The position numbers and the translations under genes were made by a program. A stretch of DNA of 60,000 nt from positions 7,814,001 through 7,874,000 of the forward strand of contig CM119371.1 in assembly GCA_051294905.1 (NCBI GenBank), given 5' to 3'. The stretch is from Botryllus schlosseri. Taxonomy: Eukaryota. Below are positions 14,601 to 28,100 of the stretch, in pieces. Position 1 is the stretch's first letter; every line of letters starts with the position of its first letter. A model generated the notes under the pieces. The model ran no database searches. It saw only the letters and a program-made list of their open reading frames with translations, and was not told the DNA's origin.

Positions 14601-17600
14601 ATCCGATAGTCTAGACACGTAGTCTCCATAGCATAGTCTATCACAGGGGCGGGCAACATACGACCCGCGGGCCGTATCCGGCCCGCGAAGGGATTTTGTC
14701 CGGCCCGCGGACAGTTTTCTGTCTTACATGATAATGTGACCCTCGGCCCCAGTCTGCGTAGATTCCCCACTACTTGCTTACCACGTCAAATTTTAGTGAC
14801 TGTATGTTATTATATGCGTGTATGCGCAGCGTGCGAAAGTGGAGCTTACGCATAAGTTCCTAGAAGCGAGAAGACTTGCATCATCGGCATTTACGATGTA
14901 CTCAACCCTAGTATCGTTTGTGGTAATCCTGGCGTTTGTCGACTAGAATGGTCGTTTACATCAGGCTGATATTTGTTATTTTTGATTCCGTAACCGCCGA
15001 CTTGTAGCACGTCACACTTCTAGGCTTTTGTAAGACACCGCTTAAGCCAGGGGTCGCCAACTCAAAACGGGTCGCGGGCCACTTTTCAAATTTCGTATAG
15101 GACGCGGGCATGAATTCAATATCGAGATCTACTCATCTACTCAACCCTAATGAATTGATATCTTGGTAAATTTGAGGTACCGGGCTTATCAAACGCCTTA
15201 AAATCCTAGTTGAGGATTGCACCGTGTGTTGATTATAGAAACGGACATGGCGGCGCCTGTATGACAATGCTATTCTCAAATCCGCATTGTCTTCGTCATT
15301 ATCGGCGAGAAATGGGTTTGAAGTGGCGGGGGAGTTAGCGTAGCGGTAACGATAAGCGCCTACGAATCGGGCGGCGCCCGGTTCGATTCCAGTCGGAGGT
15401 TCATCTGTGCTCCTCTTCCGTCGCCATTCTTACGGCGGTAAAAAAAATCAGAAAAAAGGCCCGACGAAAGAAAGCACTCGCAAGGAATGGAAAGAACTAT
15501 AAAGGGCCGTGGCTTCTAAAAAAATATCAACACCGGAAAAGAACTGATACATCGGACACTCTATAGGCCGAGGTGGATGTCAGTCTTAAAGGAATACAAC
15601 TGCGTGTTGTTCGATATCCTCATATCTGTTCATTACATCGCATTGTGTCTAATCGCATTGTACATTGTGTGTGACTTGTTCAGATGAAAAATACAAGCCA
15701 ACGATTATTAAGTGACATTGCTGTCGTTTAAAATACATTCATTAAATACGAGTAAAATACATTCATTTATTACTTGTATATGTGAATAAATGGGAGAATT
15801 CGATTCAGCAATCCGGCCCGCCAAGCCCGTAAGCTCCACTCTCGCGCAGTGCCCAGACCTATATAATAACATGCAGTCACTAAAATTTGATGTTTAGGCA
15901 ACTATAGTGAGGAATATCGGCTGATTGGGGCCGCGGGCCACATGATCATGTAAGATGGGAAACTGGTCGCGGACCGGACGAAATCTCGTTGCGGGCCGTA
16001 TGTTGCCAGTCCCTATTGTGGACATTCCTAGATAACAATCTGCTGACTATCTCATTTTGCTCGGGGAAGCTGTCGAGTAGAGGTACACGGCATCTCACCA
16101 CTGTAAACTAAACCTCACCAAAACAGACTCTGTAAAACTATTACCAGGAGTTAAATTCGCATCATGGCTAGTTTGAGCAATAACGACATCCGAAATATCA
16201 ATAATATAGGTGCTAGAAAAGGTACTCTACTTATGATATTGAAGTATTTGAAAGTATGGAATATGTATCAAGTATGGTATGGAACAATGTTGGTATGGTA
16301 TGGAAAATTGCAAGTATGGTATGGAGAGAGTAAGGCAAGTATGTAGTATGGAAAATTCTCGTTCCATACCATACCATACCATGCCCTGCTTATGGTCGAT
16401 AGGCAAAGCTTTGCTAGTGTGACATCATATTGACAGAATATGTGGCATACGTCATTTTAAGATATTTTAGTGGGCCCTAAAGAATGTACGATATTTACCT
16501 CACAATTGACCATCGGTGTGCTGCTGATGACGAAATTGAGGGTAAAGCCTACCTATAATACAGTAATTACGGAGTAAGCGCGGAAAATCCAGCCTTTTCC
16601 GCGCCTATGTATGGACATGGTATTGGTTAGTTAGAAAAGACGGTGCCCACGAGACAACAATTCTTAATTTTGTGAGTGATTATCGTAAAATTATGTGAAT
16701 TCGGCCATCAGTAAACTCATAGCGTCCTATGGAATACATCTGAGCTACTGTTCACACAGCCGGCTCAAGCTCCGGACCCAGCTCCACTTGAATTTCATGT
16801 ACAATTCCGGCTCCAGCTCCTGATCCGCTGAAAATGCACGCACGGCTCCGGGGCTCCGGCGCTAAAGCCTTGGTTATAACAACCTTGATAATATTCTGAA
16901 TATAGCACATGCCAATAATATAGCAATAATTAGTCGAGTGGTCGTCGGGCGCGATTCGAGCTTTTTTCAATAGTGAAGTCCCAACCCACAAATACTGACC
17001 TGACTTCGAACTCTTACCCTTGTTTTACTATCGTCCTTAAAATATAGGGAGGCGGCGCCAGACGTAGGCAGTTTTTGAAAAGGTGCCCTGCAGAAGGTTA
17101 AGAACCATATGATAGCCGTAATGATAACCGGTAGCTGAATGTTCGGTGCCTGCCCGCAAAATGACAGTGGCGAACCCCGGTGGCAATGAGTGGCAACTAT
17201 TTGATTATTTGTTGCAGAGGGTTATCAATTGACTGATAATTCATACGGCAATGAGTTGATACTGGGGAAGAAGATGGATGACGAACAAAAATACGCAACG
17301 GTCAAATATGTCGCTGATGCAACCGGTTTGAGTAGTAAGTTATTGTCCCATACAATGGTACATGCTAAATATCAAAATTATATTAAACGTGATAGATGAT
17401 TGGCATTGGGTTATTCCTGGTAGCGAGAAATACCCTTGGAAATTTTAGGATTTTCCACATTCTGTTGTGGTGCCATAGCTAGTGACAGTATACAGCACAG
17501 GTGGCCAACCCCAGGCCGTACAATGGAAATTGGGCGGATGTAAACACCTAACTCAATTAGTATGTGTTGGCTACAGTCGACATGCGATTTGAATTTACGA

Positions 17601-18998
17601 ATTGAATCCCGATGTCTTGAGATATTTTGATTAATCTCGAAATTTTCTTCGCGCTGCGCACAATTAACTGTCACTTTGTTTTTCGATTTTATTATAGTGG
17701 CGCCCTATGCAATTCACTCGGAATCCTGTGCTCCTCCCTCTAACCGACAATCCTGATGGTCGGTCAATAAATTACAGCATGTAACAAAGTGACTAATAAC
17801 AATTGGTCCAGCCGAAGATCCATCCTCACTTATAACTTGCCCTAAATTTTCGACAGAACTGGCCGTATATCATTTGTGGTAGCGTGAAGGGTATATGTGT
17901 GAATTTTCCACATCTTTCATACTGTTATGACTTCATAATCAGTGAGACGCGACTCATAGACTAATTAATATATTCAGAATCTAATCATTCTTGTACAAGA
18001 TTTTCTCTATCCCCAATGGTAACTGGTAGCTTAATATTCCGCATGTGCCCACAAAATGACAATAGCGACCCCATCGGCAAATGATAATTAGGGCGATTTT
18101 TTTGAGATGTCAAAAAAAAAGTCAAAATTGTTTACAAAGTTGAAACATTTTTGCAACCTGCATTTCGTTTGTATCGTAGATTTTGTACTGTCGGCGAACT
18201 TATCATTTGATATTATACAGTAGCCTACTTTATAGGCCTACCGTTGTAGGCGGCTCATTGTCTGCTCAATGTGAATCGTGAACAATCAAATTAAAGAAAT
18301 GGGTTGACATGGTGTTAGGCTCAGCTTATCGCAATATCCTAACTGAAGCAACCCAACCAAGCATGACATGGATCTTATATCAAGAAGCGCGAGATCAAAA
18401 ATGGTGTTGTAGACACCATTGCCTGAATGAAGCAACATGGTTTGTCACTAGCTGTGTACGAACAACTCCAGTGTTGTCAGCCAACAACTGCTGCTGTTGA
18501 ACGTTATTTCTCCATTCTTGGCAAGCTACTTAGTAAGGACAGACACTTTCTATCCGAGAATATAGAAAAGTTGTACTACTTTCGTTGTATTACAAATTAT
18601 TTTATCATTTCTACCATAATGCGTAATGTAACTACTGGACATAAAGTTCCAACCAGAAATGAAGATAAGTGATACAATTTCAACTTGATGTGGGAAAACA
18701 CCTAATTTGCATACGTTATGTCAAATTTAGTCTGAATTAAAATTTTAAAGGTCAAAAAATGTCAAAACTTTGATTTTTAGGTCAAAATCGTGAGGTTTTA
18801 TTGTCGATAAAAAAATCGCTCTAGTGATAATTGATTAATTTGCCTTTGCTGCAGAGGGTAATCAAATTGCTAATGATGCATACGTGGATAATGGGATACT
18901 GTCAAAGATGATGCATAAGCTGATACTAGACATGATGATGGAGGACATACAAGGAGGCTCGAATGAAAAAGTTGACACTGAGGCTACCTTTGTGAATA
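2628..18998 (+). CDS. Partial gene with tandemly duplicated phase-1 exons encoding Tyr/acidic repeats (EGYAMSxDPYENEAILKWMxExNQGGSKVKYxADLTxRN)
   Basis: Homologous open exons, each bounded by TGCAG and GTAAG/GTACG: 2628-2744 (117 nt), 4139-4255 (117), 5799-5963 (165), 7924-8088 (165), 9543-9707 (165), 11688-11852 (165), 17218-17334 (117), 18855-18998 (144). All lengths are multiples of 3, all phase 1-1, no stops. Confidence 0.7.
3011..3482. mobile_element. Foldback MITE with long TIRs
   Basis: Ends TAGGGCTGTTCAAAA / TTTTGAACAGCCCTA, inverted similarity well over 100 bp, 8-bp TSD ATGGCCAC. Confidence 0.85.
5202..5275 (+). pseudogene. Truncated copy of the repeated exon
   Basis: Acceptor CTGTAG then AGGGTTATGCAATGTCT as in the other copies, but it breaks off without a donor and abuts the right half of a MITE (ends TTGACCACCTCTG at about 5726). 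Confidence 0.6.
14259..16388. mobile_element. hAT-type MITE with (GTATG)n subterminal repeats and nested insertions
   Basis: TIRs CAGGGCATGGTATGG / CCATACCATGCCCTG, exact TSD CTTATGGT; further MITE ends inside (about 14644, 15048, 16014) plus a SINE. Confidence 0.85.
15325..15600 (+). mobile_element. tRNA-derived SINE
   Basis: Pol III A box TAGCGTAGCGG (15336-15346) and B box GGTTCGATTCC (15380-15390), followed by about 200 bp of non-tRNA body; no proper cloverleaf acceptor stem. Confidence 0.6.
18089..18823 (+). mobile_element. Internally deleted hAT element with transposase C-terminal remnant
   Basis: TIRs TAGGGCGATTTTTTT / AAAAAAATCGCTCTA, TSD ATGATAAT/GTGATAAT; internal QPTTAAVERYFSILGKLLSKDR resembles the hAT dimerisation motif. 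Confidence 0.8.
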
Positions 18999-19102
18999 GT
19001 AAGTTTATCTTCCCAATTATAGCACTTAGTATTTAGTTTGCCGTTTTGGCGGGAAAGCTTCAAAGTAGTTTAGCATTGACTGATATAGACATAGGCTTTC
19101 AG

Positions 19103-19628
19103 TAGGGTTGTAATTTCTCGAGTCTATTTTGCAAATGCGAAAAATGACTCAAGTAGAGTCAATTTTTGTATGGACTCGACTTGTACTCGAGTCATTGTGC
19201 CTGACACAAACCAAGTCGTATGACTCGAAACTAGCATTGCCAAGACAGACAATTTATTGCAACTTCGAAGAATAGTGAAGTTACAACATTATTGGTATTT
19301 CTCCTATCAGTCCTGATACTTGGAAAATATGGCCAGAAACTGTTAGGAATGAGAAAAATTACTATAATACGAATGCGAGCCATTCTATATCAATTATCAC
19401 TCAAGCAGAGGTGAAAAAGTAAGTTGAACCGGATTGAACTGAGAACAGAGTAGTGAACATAATGACTTGTACTCGGACTCGAGTCAAAACACTGACCCGA
19501 ACTCGACCCTCTACTAGCTGACTTTGACTCCGACTTGACTCGGGGGTGAATTGAAAATGAATCGAGTCAAAGCTATAAAAGTGAGATTGACCTGTGACTC
19601 GGAATCTCGTTACTTGGTTACAACCCTG
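19103..19628. mobile_element. GACTC-rich hAT-type MITE
   Basis: TIRs TAGGGTTGTAA / TTACAACCCTG, TSD GCTTTCAG/GCTGTCAG; same family as 45035-45591 in opposite orientation. Confidence 0.8.
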
Positions 19629-20935
19629 GCTGTCAGTCACAATAAAGCTAAGGAACACTTTTCTAAATTTTAGACGTGACTACTAGAAGATAATTTACAT
19701 TGAAATGGCACTGTGCTATGTATTCTACAATTGGAGATAAAATTGTTAGCGAATTTTGGGCAGCAGCAATGTTATCCATAAAGCCACCGTACCCGAACTG
19801 CGGCCGAAAGATTTCTGAAAAATGCACCGTGGTACACCGTGATATCACTGGAAAACACGTTGAATCATGTGGAAGCAATGTGAGTGACGCATATGTTTTC
19901 CACATTATACCTAGAAGAAATGGGATAATAAGATGGATGCCGCGCCGGGAAACTGCAGCAGTGGTGACAAATTGGACAGCAATTTTGTAAAGGGCTAATA
20001 GCCGATAAACACTAGTCTGGACACTACAGATATCGCGCGTGATCGCGCATTTTATAAAAGTGGCTAACTGCCAAAATATTTTGCAGAATTTTAACTTCAA
20101 CTTGATACCGCATCATATTTAGAGCGCGGTGCCCCTTTCAGATTCCGCTGCGTTCATCAGTGGATATAGTTCAAATTATTGTGTTCACGTTAATTCCCCT
20201 GTACACAATGGTAAATGCCACAGATAATAAAGGAATGCGGTTGCTGGAATGCCCGATATATTCAAATGTCTTTTGCCCTGTAAACGACGTCGTGTGTATT
20301 TCGGCGATTCTCCCACCATATCATAGGTTCCAGCGAGTGGGCGGAACTCTCTGGTACCAAGTGTTGTTTTCGGACCAGTTCCAACAGAGGAAAACGGAGT
20401 AACCTGTATGCATGGACATAAAGATATTTAGAGCTTGATGAAGTAATCGAAGAGTCAAAAAAGTTTTAGAACCACGGCTTCAACATAGGGATGCAAACAC
20501 ACACTACAAATACTTTGAGTTTCTGTTTCTGGCACTATGAAGTTTCTCAACCTACTGTAGACCTCGACTAGATGTACTGTCATTGGCGTATTATGATTGA
20601 TTAACGCTACTTCAATCTTCAGTGTTTTGGTTGTGTACAGTGATATGCAGGCAATATTGTATGGAACTGACCATGATTACTGGCAAGCACATTTTCTGAC
20701 AACCTATTAGCACTACGATAGACCAGAGTCACTTGCGCTACTAAGATATAAGTAAGGTTTCTTTTATGAAAATTCGATGCAAAAACGGTATTCCCATTCG
20801 CGAATCTAAGTATACTGGGAAACTCTCCTGGTGAAAGTTTGTATTTGTGTATTTGGATTTGCGACCTATTTATTGCTTCCAACAATAACAGAAATATTTA
20901 ACAGAAATCAACGTTGTATTCACATTCTTTTGAAG

Positions 20936-21294
20936 GAACACGTCATGCATTTAAAACGAAAGAGTCGGCCTTCGCAGTTGGAAAAAGTCTTATAACAGTG
21001 GATCTAGACGAGTGTGTTTTCGATGATGTCGTTGTTTCAGCAATCCCGTTGACCTCGCATGTCGTGTTACGTGGCGGTATTCCAGAATCCACTCCGATCG
21101 ATGCGAAAGTCAGAAAGCGTCGGTTATCATTTCTCAGAGCAGTAGGCGGGTATGAGGCTTTCGATCGTCGGGGTCGCATTTTTTGCCTGGTTGGCACTCG
21201 CGATCTGAAAGATACCGGCGAAGATTCGATCTCAGCGGCGGGCGACATCGACCACGCGATAAGCTGGCTCAACGCAACCCCAGAAAGTGGCTGA
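20936..21294 (+). CDS. Possible terminal exon of the repeated-exon gene
   Basis: Pyrimidine tract plus AAG acceptor in phase 1 (compatible with the upstream exons), about 119 open codons of GC-richer sequence ending in TGA; no domain recognised. Confidence 0.35.
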
Positions 21295-24200
21295 TACCGT
21301 GTAAATCGCGCGGGTAACGAGCCGTTGTACAACAACACAATGTGCTCAGTTGTCTGTGTTGATTTGTGCTCGTATATACATTGTATATCTAGTGTGACAT
21401 ATAATGCCGACGTCAATTGTATCGAGTGTGAACATTTGCTTCGTGTATTCGTCAACAGGTAGTTTGAATTCGCCATCAACCATGTACCGGATATATTGAT
21501 GTTTTCAATAACAACGTGCTGATGTATTTGCGTGGTGTTCACTTTGGGGTTAGGCAGCATATGCGAGGTAAATTTCGACACTGCGATATTCTAGCCTCCA
21601 CTCAATTGCGAACAGGTCGTGTAATGGAACAGTCAGCTTCTAATTAGTGTTGCATAGCATCAAGTACTTCTGTAAAACGAAATGCTATCTTCTACTTGGC
21701 TGTCGTACTGGAAAATCGGGTTTTGGGAAAGTGCTTACCGCACGAAAACGCATTGCAACAGCTATACCTGACCATCCGTAAAATACAGACCCAAGAAGCA
21801 CTTCGCCCGGCCCCACGAAAACGATGATCTTGAGATCACTCATGGTGATAAACCAAACTTATGGGGGCTTGGCCCCCCAGATATCGCAACCGGAGGGATG
21901 TTTTCTTTAGTGCTTGTGAAAACGTTTATTGAACTTAGTGTATAGGCAGAGATGTTATGTAGGCCTACCCCAATCGCGCCATGCGCGAAAATTGTATATA
22001 TATAATTCATGACTGAATCGGTCAATAATATTATTAATTGCATATATATTGGTAAAACTAGAATTTCAGGTATAGCTTATTGAGGTGTCGTCTTGGAAAA
22101 TTTAGCGCACGTAATTAATAATTGAATGTATTCGGACGGGCCTTCTGGAATAATTGCTTCAGAATAATTGCTTCGTTGCATGTCATTATTTTGTACCATA
22201 CTGTCTGTTATATGGTGAATAGATATTGATGCCGCTCAGGCGTACTAAACTAAAAGACGCACACGACACCCAATTGGTATTTCTTCATTGGCAAATAACT
22301 CTCTCTGTCGGATGGCATCGTCCTGTGTAGTATCCAGAACAGCGAGATTTGGCGCCAGCCCTTAGGCGCCTATAGACCATTAAACATATATATCTGTATA
22401 TCGAGGTTTTCGGGCAACAAAGGGCATTCCTTTCCGGACAAGGTTTTCCTGCTGCTGAATATTTTAGCGCACTTTTCGAAGTCCCAAGTTAACCTAAACT
22501 TCATTATGGGATGGTGCGTCGTGGCGCTGTAATGGCGCCACCAAAGTGACTATTTCCATAAATCGTGCATATTTCTTGTGAAGGCCACCCAATAATCAAT
22601 ACATTTATTGACACTAAATCGTGCAATGCGTGGAAAATATTTGAAAAAATTTGGCTAACGTTCCAAAAAAAAAATACTGTATGATTTAATTCACGAAATA
22701 CTTTTGCATCCATTCAAGCTCGGCCACCTCAAACTGGGGTTTGATGGGTACGGCAGTTACGGTCCGGTACAAAATGAACGTTTTGAAACCGAATGATCGT
22801 GGAAACTGCGCGGTTTAACGAGTCAGCTCGTACTTGTCGCTCGCATGTGGTCAAATCAAACAGCTTGAACTTCAAGTCAAATCGAACATGTTTCCCAGAC
22901 CTAATGTTGCCTCATGAAGTTCTGAATCCGTTCAAAATTTGATGTTTCGTAAATTTTACCAATTGACTCGAGAAACCTACAACATATTGCATCTCAGTAC
23001 AATGTCAGAGGTGTGTATAGTTAGGTAGATTGTGTTTTTACAACTCAGAGAAAGCTTGGGGTGCCCGAAGGCTGGCAGATTAGAGTAAGTTAGTGAATTT
23101 TAAAGAACAATTGCATTAGATGTCGCTATTATGCATTACCACATTATGCTCGCAAAAACAAATTATGCTTTTGAAGGTCCGCCTACATGACAAACTTTAT
23201 TATTTCTCTAACTGCAACGACACTATTTAGTAGCATTTTAGAACATTTGGCTCAATTTCACGGTAGTCGCAGTCGGAGAAAAGTCCGACATCAAACGGTG
23301 TTAGAAGATATTTGCGACTCCGACTCCACCAAGAGAAAATCGAACTCCCAACTGCGACTCCACGGCCATGAACGAAACACTATGAATGCTTAACCTCGAA
23401 AACAATAGGATGAGACTTCAGTTTCGTATTGACCACTCACAATCTCAGTTTTCCCCCGATTCGGCTATTGATCTCTTCGCGTTTGCGTAGTTGTTCCATA
23501 AGCGGTGAGTTTGTCGTGGTACGATTCGATTCTGGCAGTAGAAATAGTGCTATATTTCTCGCTGGGTACGGTACGGTACGACATAAGATATCTAAGAATA
23601 ATTGTGAATGTATCTATGTCTATTTCTGTGTCTCTTAACCGTTTATCCGTCAACATAGTCAGCTTGATGCTTAGTGAGTTGCCGTTTCTCGATGACCTGC
23701 TGGAATGGTTCATAGAACGAATAAGATGCCGTTATCAATCGAGCGCGGATGATTTGCGATGGAATGTTTAACATATTTCTGCACGCAAAAGGCGTGTAAG
23801 AACGAAACGTTTGATCAGATGGTGATATCCATTATGGATGGTATAAGAACCAATTGATTTCACGCTTGTTTCCCGGTCCCGATACCGACCTAATTTGAAG
23901 GTTCGCGACCGCTGGTCATTGGTAACCTTGTTTGGCACCGATGTTTCCCCTATCGTGGTAACCAATACATTGCTGATACATCATAAGGCCGGCAAATTAT
24001 CCGTTAGCCTTGAAATTATTGGCAACACGACACTGACTTTACAAAACTAACCGGAGCTCCGCCGAATGCACACGATTGCAAATATGACCAGTATTTCACA
24101 GCGCTTATACCGTTCCGAGTAGCCTACCCAATGAGACAATGTATTCTTGCACTAAGTAGACTCATGATATGGGGATAATAGATTCCGTCCACTTTTAATT

Positions 24201-25176
24201 CAACATTCTACAATTTAGGCTAGACAAAATCGCAGAAAAGATTCCAATTATTTTTTGATGATATCGTCGTAGCAACCGCCAACATAACCCATGCAGCGGC
24301 AGTAGGCTATATTATGATTTAAAAATCATATCTTTGGCATGGACCGTCATTAGTCGTTCGGCGTTATCCAAGGGGTTTCGAGTTGTAATTTGAACGCGTG
24401 TCTCTGGATATTGCTTGAAGAACTTATGAGAAGTCTTGTCACGGCTTTAACGGAGCTAATTAAGCAATTTTCAGTCCATACCTTTATTGCATTTACATCA
24501 AATAGCTGGGTATGTCTTGGAATCGCTAGTTTACTTGTAATCAGGTAGCAATTTGAGGACCACTGCTATTTGTGTATATTTTAAGTATTATCAATCACCG
24601 CAGTTTAACCACCACTGCCATAGCTCCTATTTCACTGAGGTAGAATGAAATGGGAATACTTGTAGATTTCAGAAGATAAATACACCGCACATCCGTTGCA
24701 GCATTAATTGCACAATAGGGTAGCCTGGTTATGGATCTGTCAGGACCCCACCAGACTGCAAGACTGAAAATATCTGATGCATGCGCAGTTGCGCACTGTA
24801 GAAGAAAGGACTGAGAACAAGTGATCTATCCATATATCGGATCACAGCAATTGTCGCTAGTACATTTCAGTGGTTAATTATTATTCGTCTAATCGTAATT
24901 ACCCCATCACTTCGTCTGGCAGGCTACATACTGTGAAGCATGCACGCTTGCAACTCCGTTATTCCGGAGTGTGTTCCTTCGGTGGGTTTGCGCTGATATG
25001 GCCGTCACTGAATGAAAGTTATGGAAGAATGATGTTTTCTTGCAGGTGGCTACACCGTCACGTGATATTGTTTATATATTATCAAGCATCAAGGCAGTAT
25101 ATACCGAAGTTTTGTTTTTATGGTGGGTTCAGACTTATCGTCTCGTTGCTCGTTTTAGAATAACGTTTCCTTGCAG

Positions 25177-28100
25177 GTCAACTCACCGTGGTTGATATGG
25201 AGAGTCAAGCGGGAGCTAATGATATTACAATCAGCTCTGAAACGCAATCTGTTCGCGATCGTATGCAGGCGAATGCAGAGCACGGGCAAAGCTCCAAGAC
25301 TTGCGACATCACTCCGTGTGACGATGGCAGTAAGATATCTAATGTATTTGACATCTGCGATGTCACTACAATATGGCACTCTCTCTTGACTATGGATAAC
25401 TTGTGTGCTATCACCCGACTCTCCTTGAATGGAATGTTAAGTTTAGGGTGCTTAACCAGGCTATTTGTGTCGAAGCGTAGTGACACTTGTTGAAATAAAC
25501 TGTCTTTTGGGCCAATATGATATATTTGGATTGAACAACTTTCGCACACAAGTTTCATTTCACGTAGGCCTATATATATTTATGTGTTGCTAGGCGCTTG
25601 CGCAGCAAAACGGTCTAATTATAGCGGATCAAAACTATAGTGGGAGTTGTTTCTAGTATTCGGTGTAATTTTTCAACCGCATTTGAGAATATTACCATAA
25701 AACAGGGTCGGCCAACCTCTCGGGTCTGCGGGTAGGATATGCGAAAATGAAGTAGCCTACTTGGCGAGCCGGATTACAGAATATTAGGGATGGTGTGAAC
25801 GTGAGGTTCACGTTCGCGTTCTGTGTGTGAACCTCGGAAATTTAGAGGTTCGCGTTCACAACAGAACCTTGGTAGGTTCTGCACTGTGAACCTTTTTCAT
25901 ATATTGCAATTTTCACTTCATTTTAACATCATTGGTTCCAATTTATTGTATTTCAACTGCGGGCAACTCCATGCATGGCGCTGGCAGCATTCAAAATCAA
26001 CACTAAACGAGCATGCACCTTGACAATCTCAAATGTTTTACTTGCTTTGTTACAAAAGTTTGCTCGAATTATTCAGTTTTCCGTTTGTGAATATTTAGTG
26101 ACTGTCTGCTGTGAGTTTGACCCGCAATCACACAACATCACGAGCGAAATACGTAGTCAGCGAAGGATACTTATTCAACCAATCAATAAGATTGATATCG
26201 TTTTCTGATGAAAAAACTCGAGAAGGCGTATGGGGTCACTCTGGACTTCATATCTTTACTGTATCATTAAAACCAAATCTGTGCGATTGAGGAGTTAGCT
26301 ACTGTTGTATAACTTCTCAATGAGGTAATATCGGTAGCAAATATAGAAACCCATTTTACACTCTGATCAATATCAATGTAGCAATACTCAGACACTGAAT
26401 ACATTGTCCGGTCTGGTCTAGGCCGATAAAGGATAAGCGTATATTCCCTGGTAAGTCCTCGTCGAAATTGTTGGCAAAGCGACGAAAGATATTGATTTTA
26501 TGGTAGCATTATATCCTTTGATTGCCTCAGTTGATACATTTAGCGACGTTTAAAACACCAATATGTACTACAGAATTGTTGCATTATGTGGCCCAAGTCG
26601 TCGCGAGGTATCGTGTACATTAATATAGGCTATCACTTCATTGAAAGATAGGGTTGGAATTAGCAATATGACGTCACGTGACGTCATGAGGTTCACGTTC
26701 GTGTTCACATAGAACCTTTAAAAAAGGTTCGCGTTCACACGAACCTGAACCTTTCAGGGGTTCACACCATCCCTACAGAATATATACTGATAGCGTATTT
26801 ATCCGCCTATACAAGGAATAAAGCATATATAATGTAAACTTTGAGTTTGAAGCACCGAGACCAAAAACAATATTTAATGAATTATTAACAGTAGTAGATC
26901 AGTCAATCAGACATCTGTAGTCGTTCAAAGTTACCTGCTTGTCGCATGTAGAAACTCTTAAAAAGACTGAATGTGAACACCAGTTATATTGGTACAGGGT
27001 CTTGTCTTGTTAATGTTCATGGTCGAAAATATATATGTTTAGTATATATCTACACCAGAGTTGGATCAATTACATTATTTCAGTTCACTTACAATTACAA
27101 TTACAATTACTTTCATGAATGTTTTAATTACATTACAATTACAATTACTCCATGCTAAAAATATCAAATTACAATTACAATTACAATTACTCCTTGCATG
27201 CTTCAATTACATTACAATTACAATTACAATTGCTGCTGTTGAACATGTAATTTATTAATCATAAATTCAACGGTGCTCCTTGACAACCGTAGCGTCGTAT
27301 TTAACAACAATTCAAGTCTAGTTCAGATTGTGTAGTAATAAATGCGTTTATGTGCGTACATAGTATGCTATGTGAGATGTCATTGTGGCGTAATATAAGC
27401 GTGTTTTGAATGCTCGGTAATTATGACTCACGCAATTGGAAATGTAAAATGTTATTTACCTAATTTCCTAAGGGTTAGGATTAAGGATAGGGTGCAGTAT
27501 GTCGTTGAAAAAGTATTATAATATATGCACGTGTTGGATTTGCGTCTATAGTATATAATAAAAGAAATAATATTATTTTTATCGAGGGACGTAGGAATTA
27601 GGATGAGGAGTGAAAACAAAACCGTGCTTTGTCAGATAAGACGTTATATAATATCCAGTGGTCTGGTTAGTTAGCCAGACGAAATAACGATGCAGCATCT
27701 TGATATGAAATCGTATTGTATATTGCCAACCCACTGATAGATGCGCAAGATGTGAGTCACGGATAAATGCACCGACAAACATACTGCAGAGCCGGCTAAA
27801 AGCAGCAAACTTTGTAGTCCTAGAGCTGGCGATCCATGCGTCCAAATTTGATGCATCTGGTCTTTATCGTAAGCTATTGATGTACTAATTCCGAAAATAC
27901 AAAATAAAATCTCGTCAGGGCAATGTAACTGCTCCAAAATAGCCGTTTAAGGCCGACTGTTCTGAAAAGTGAGAGCGCTGCAGCAGCATGACCACAACAA
28001 TTACCAAGTACGCCCAGCGATTGTTCAGAACAATGCCGATTCCCAGACTTTCACGACTATTTTGGGATGGTACCATTGCCTGGAAATATACTTTTATTGT

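Noticed and set aside
15325..15400. Functional tRNA gene
   Set aside because: A and B boxes are present but there is no convincing acceptor or anticodon stem and no terminator; better explained as a SINE head.
20943..21581. 212-aa minus-strand ORF as a gene
   Set aside because: No recognisable motif, and it mirrors a + strand frame that has a compatible splice acceptor; likely an antisense shadow.
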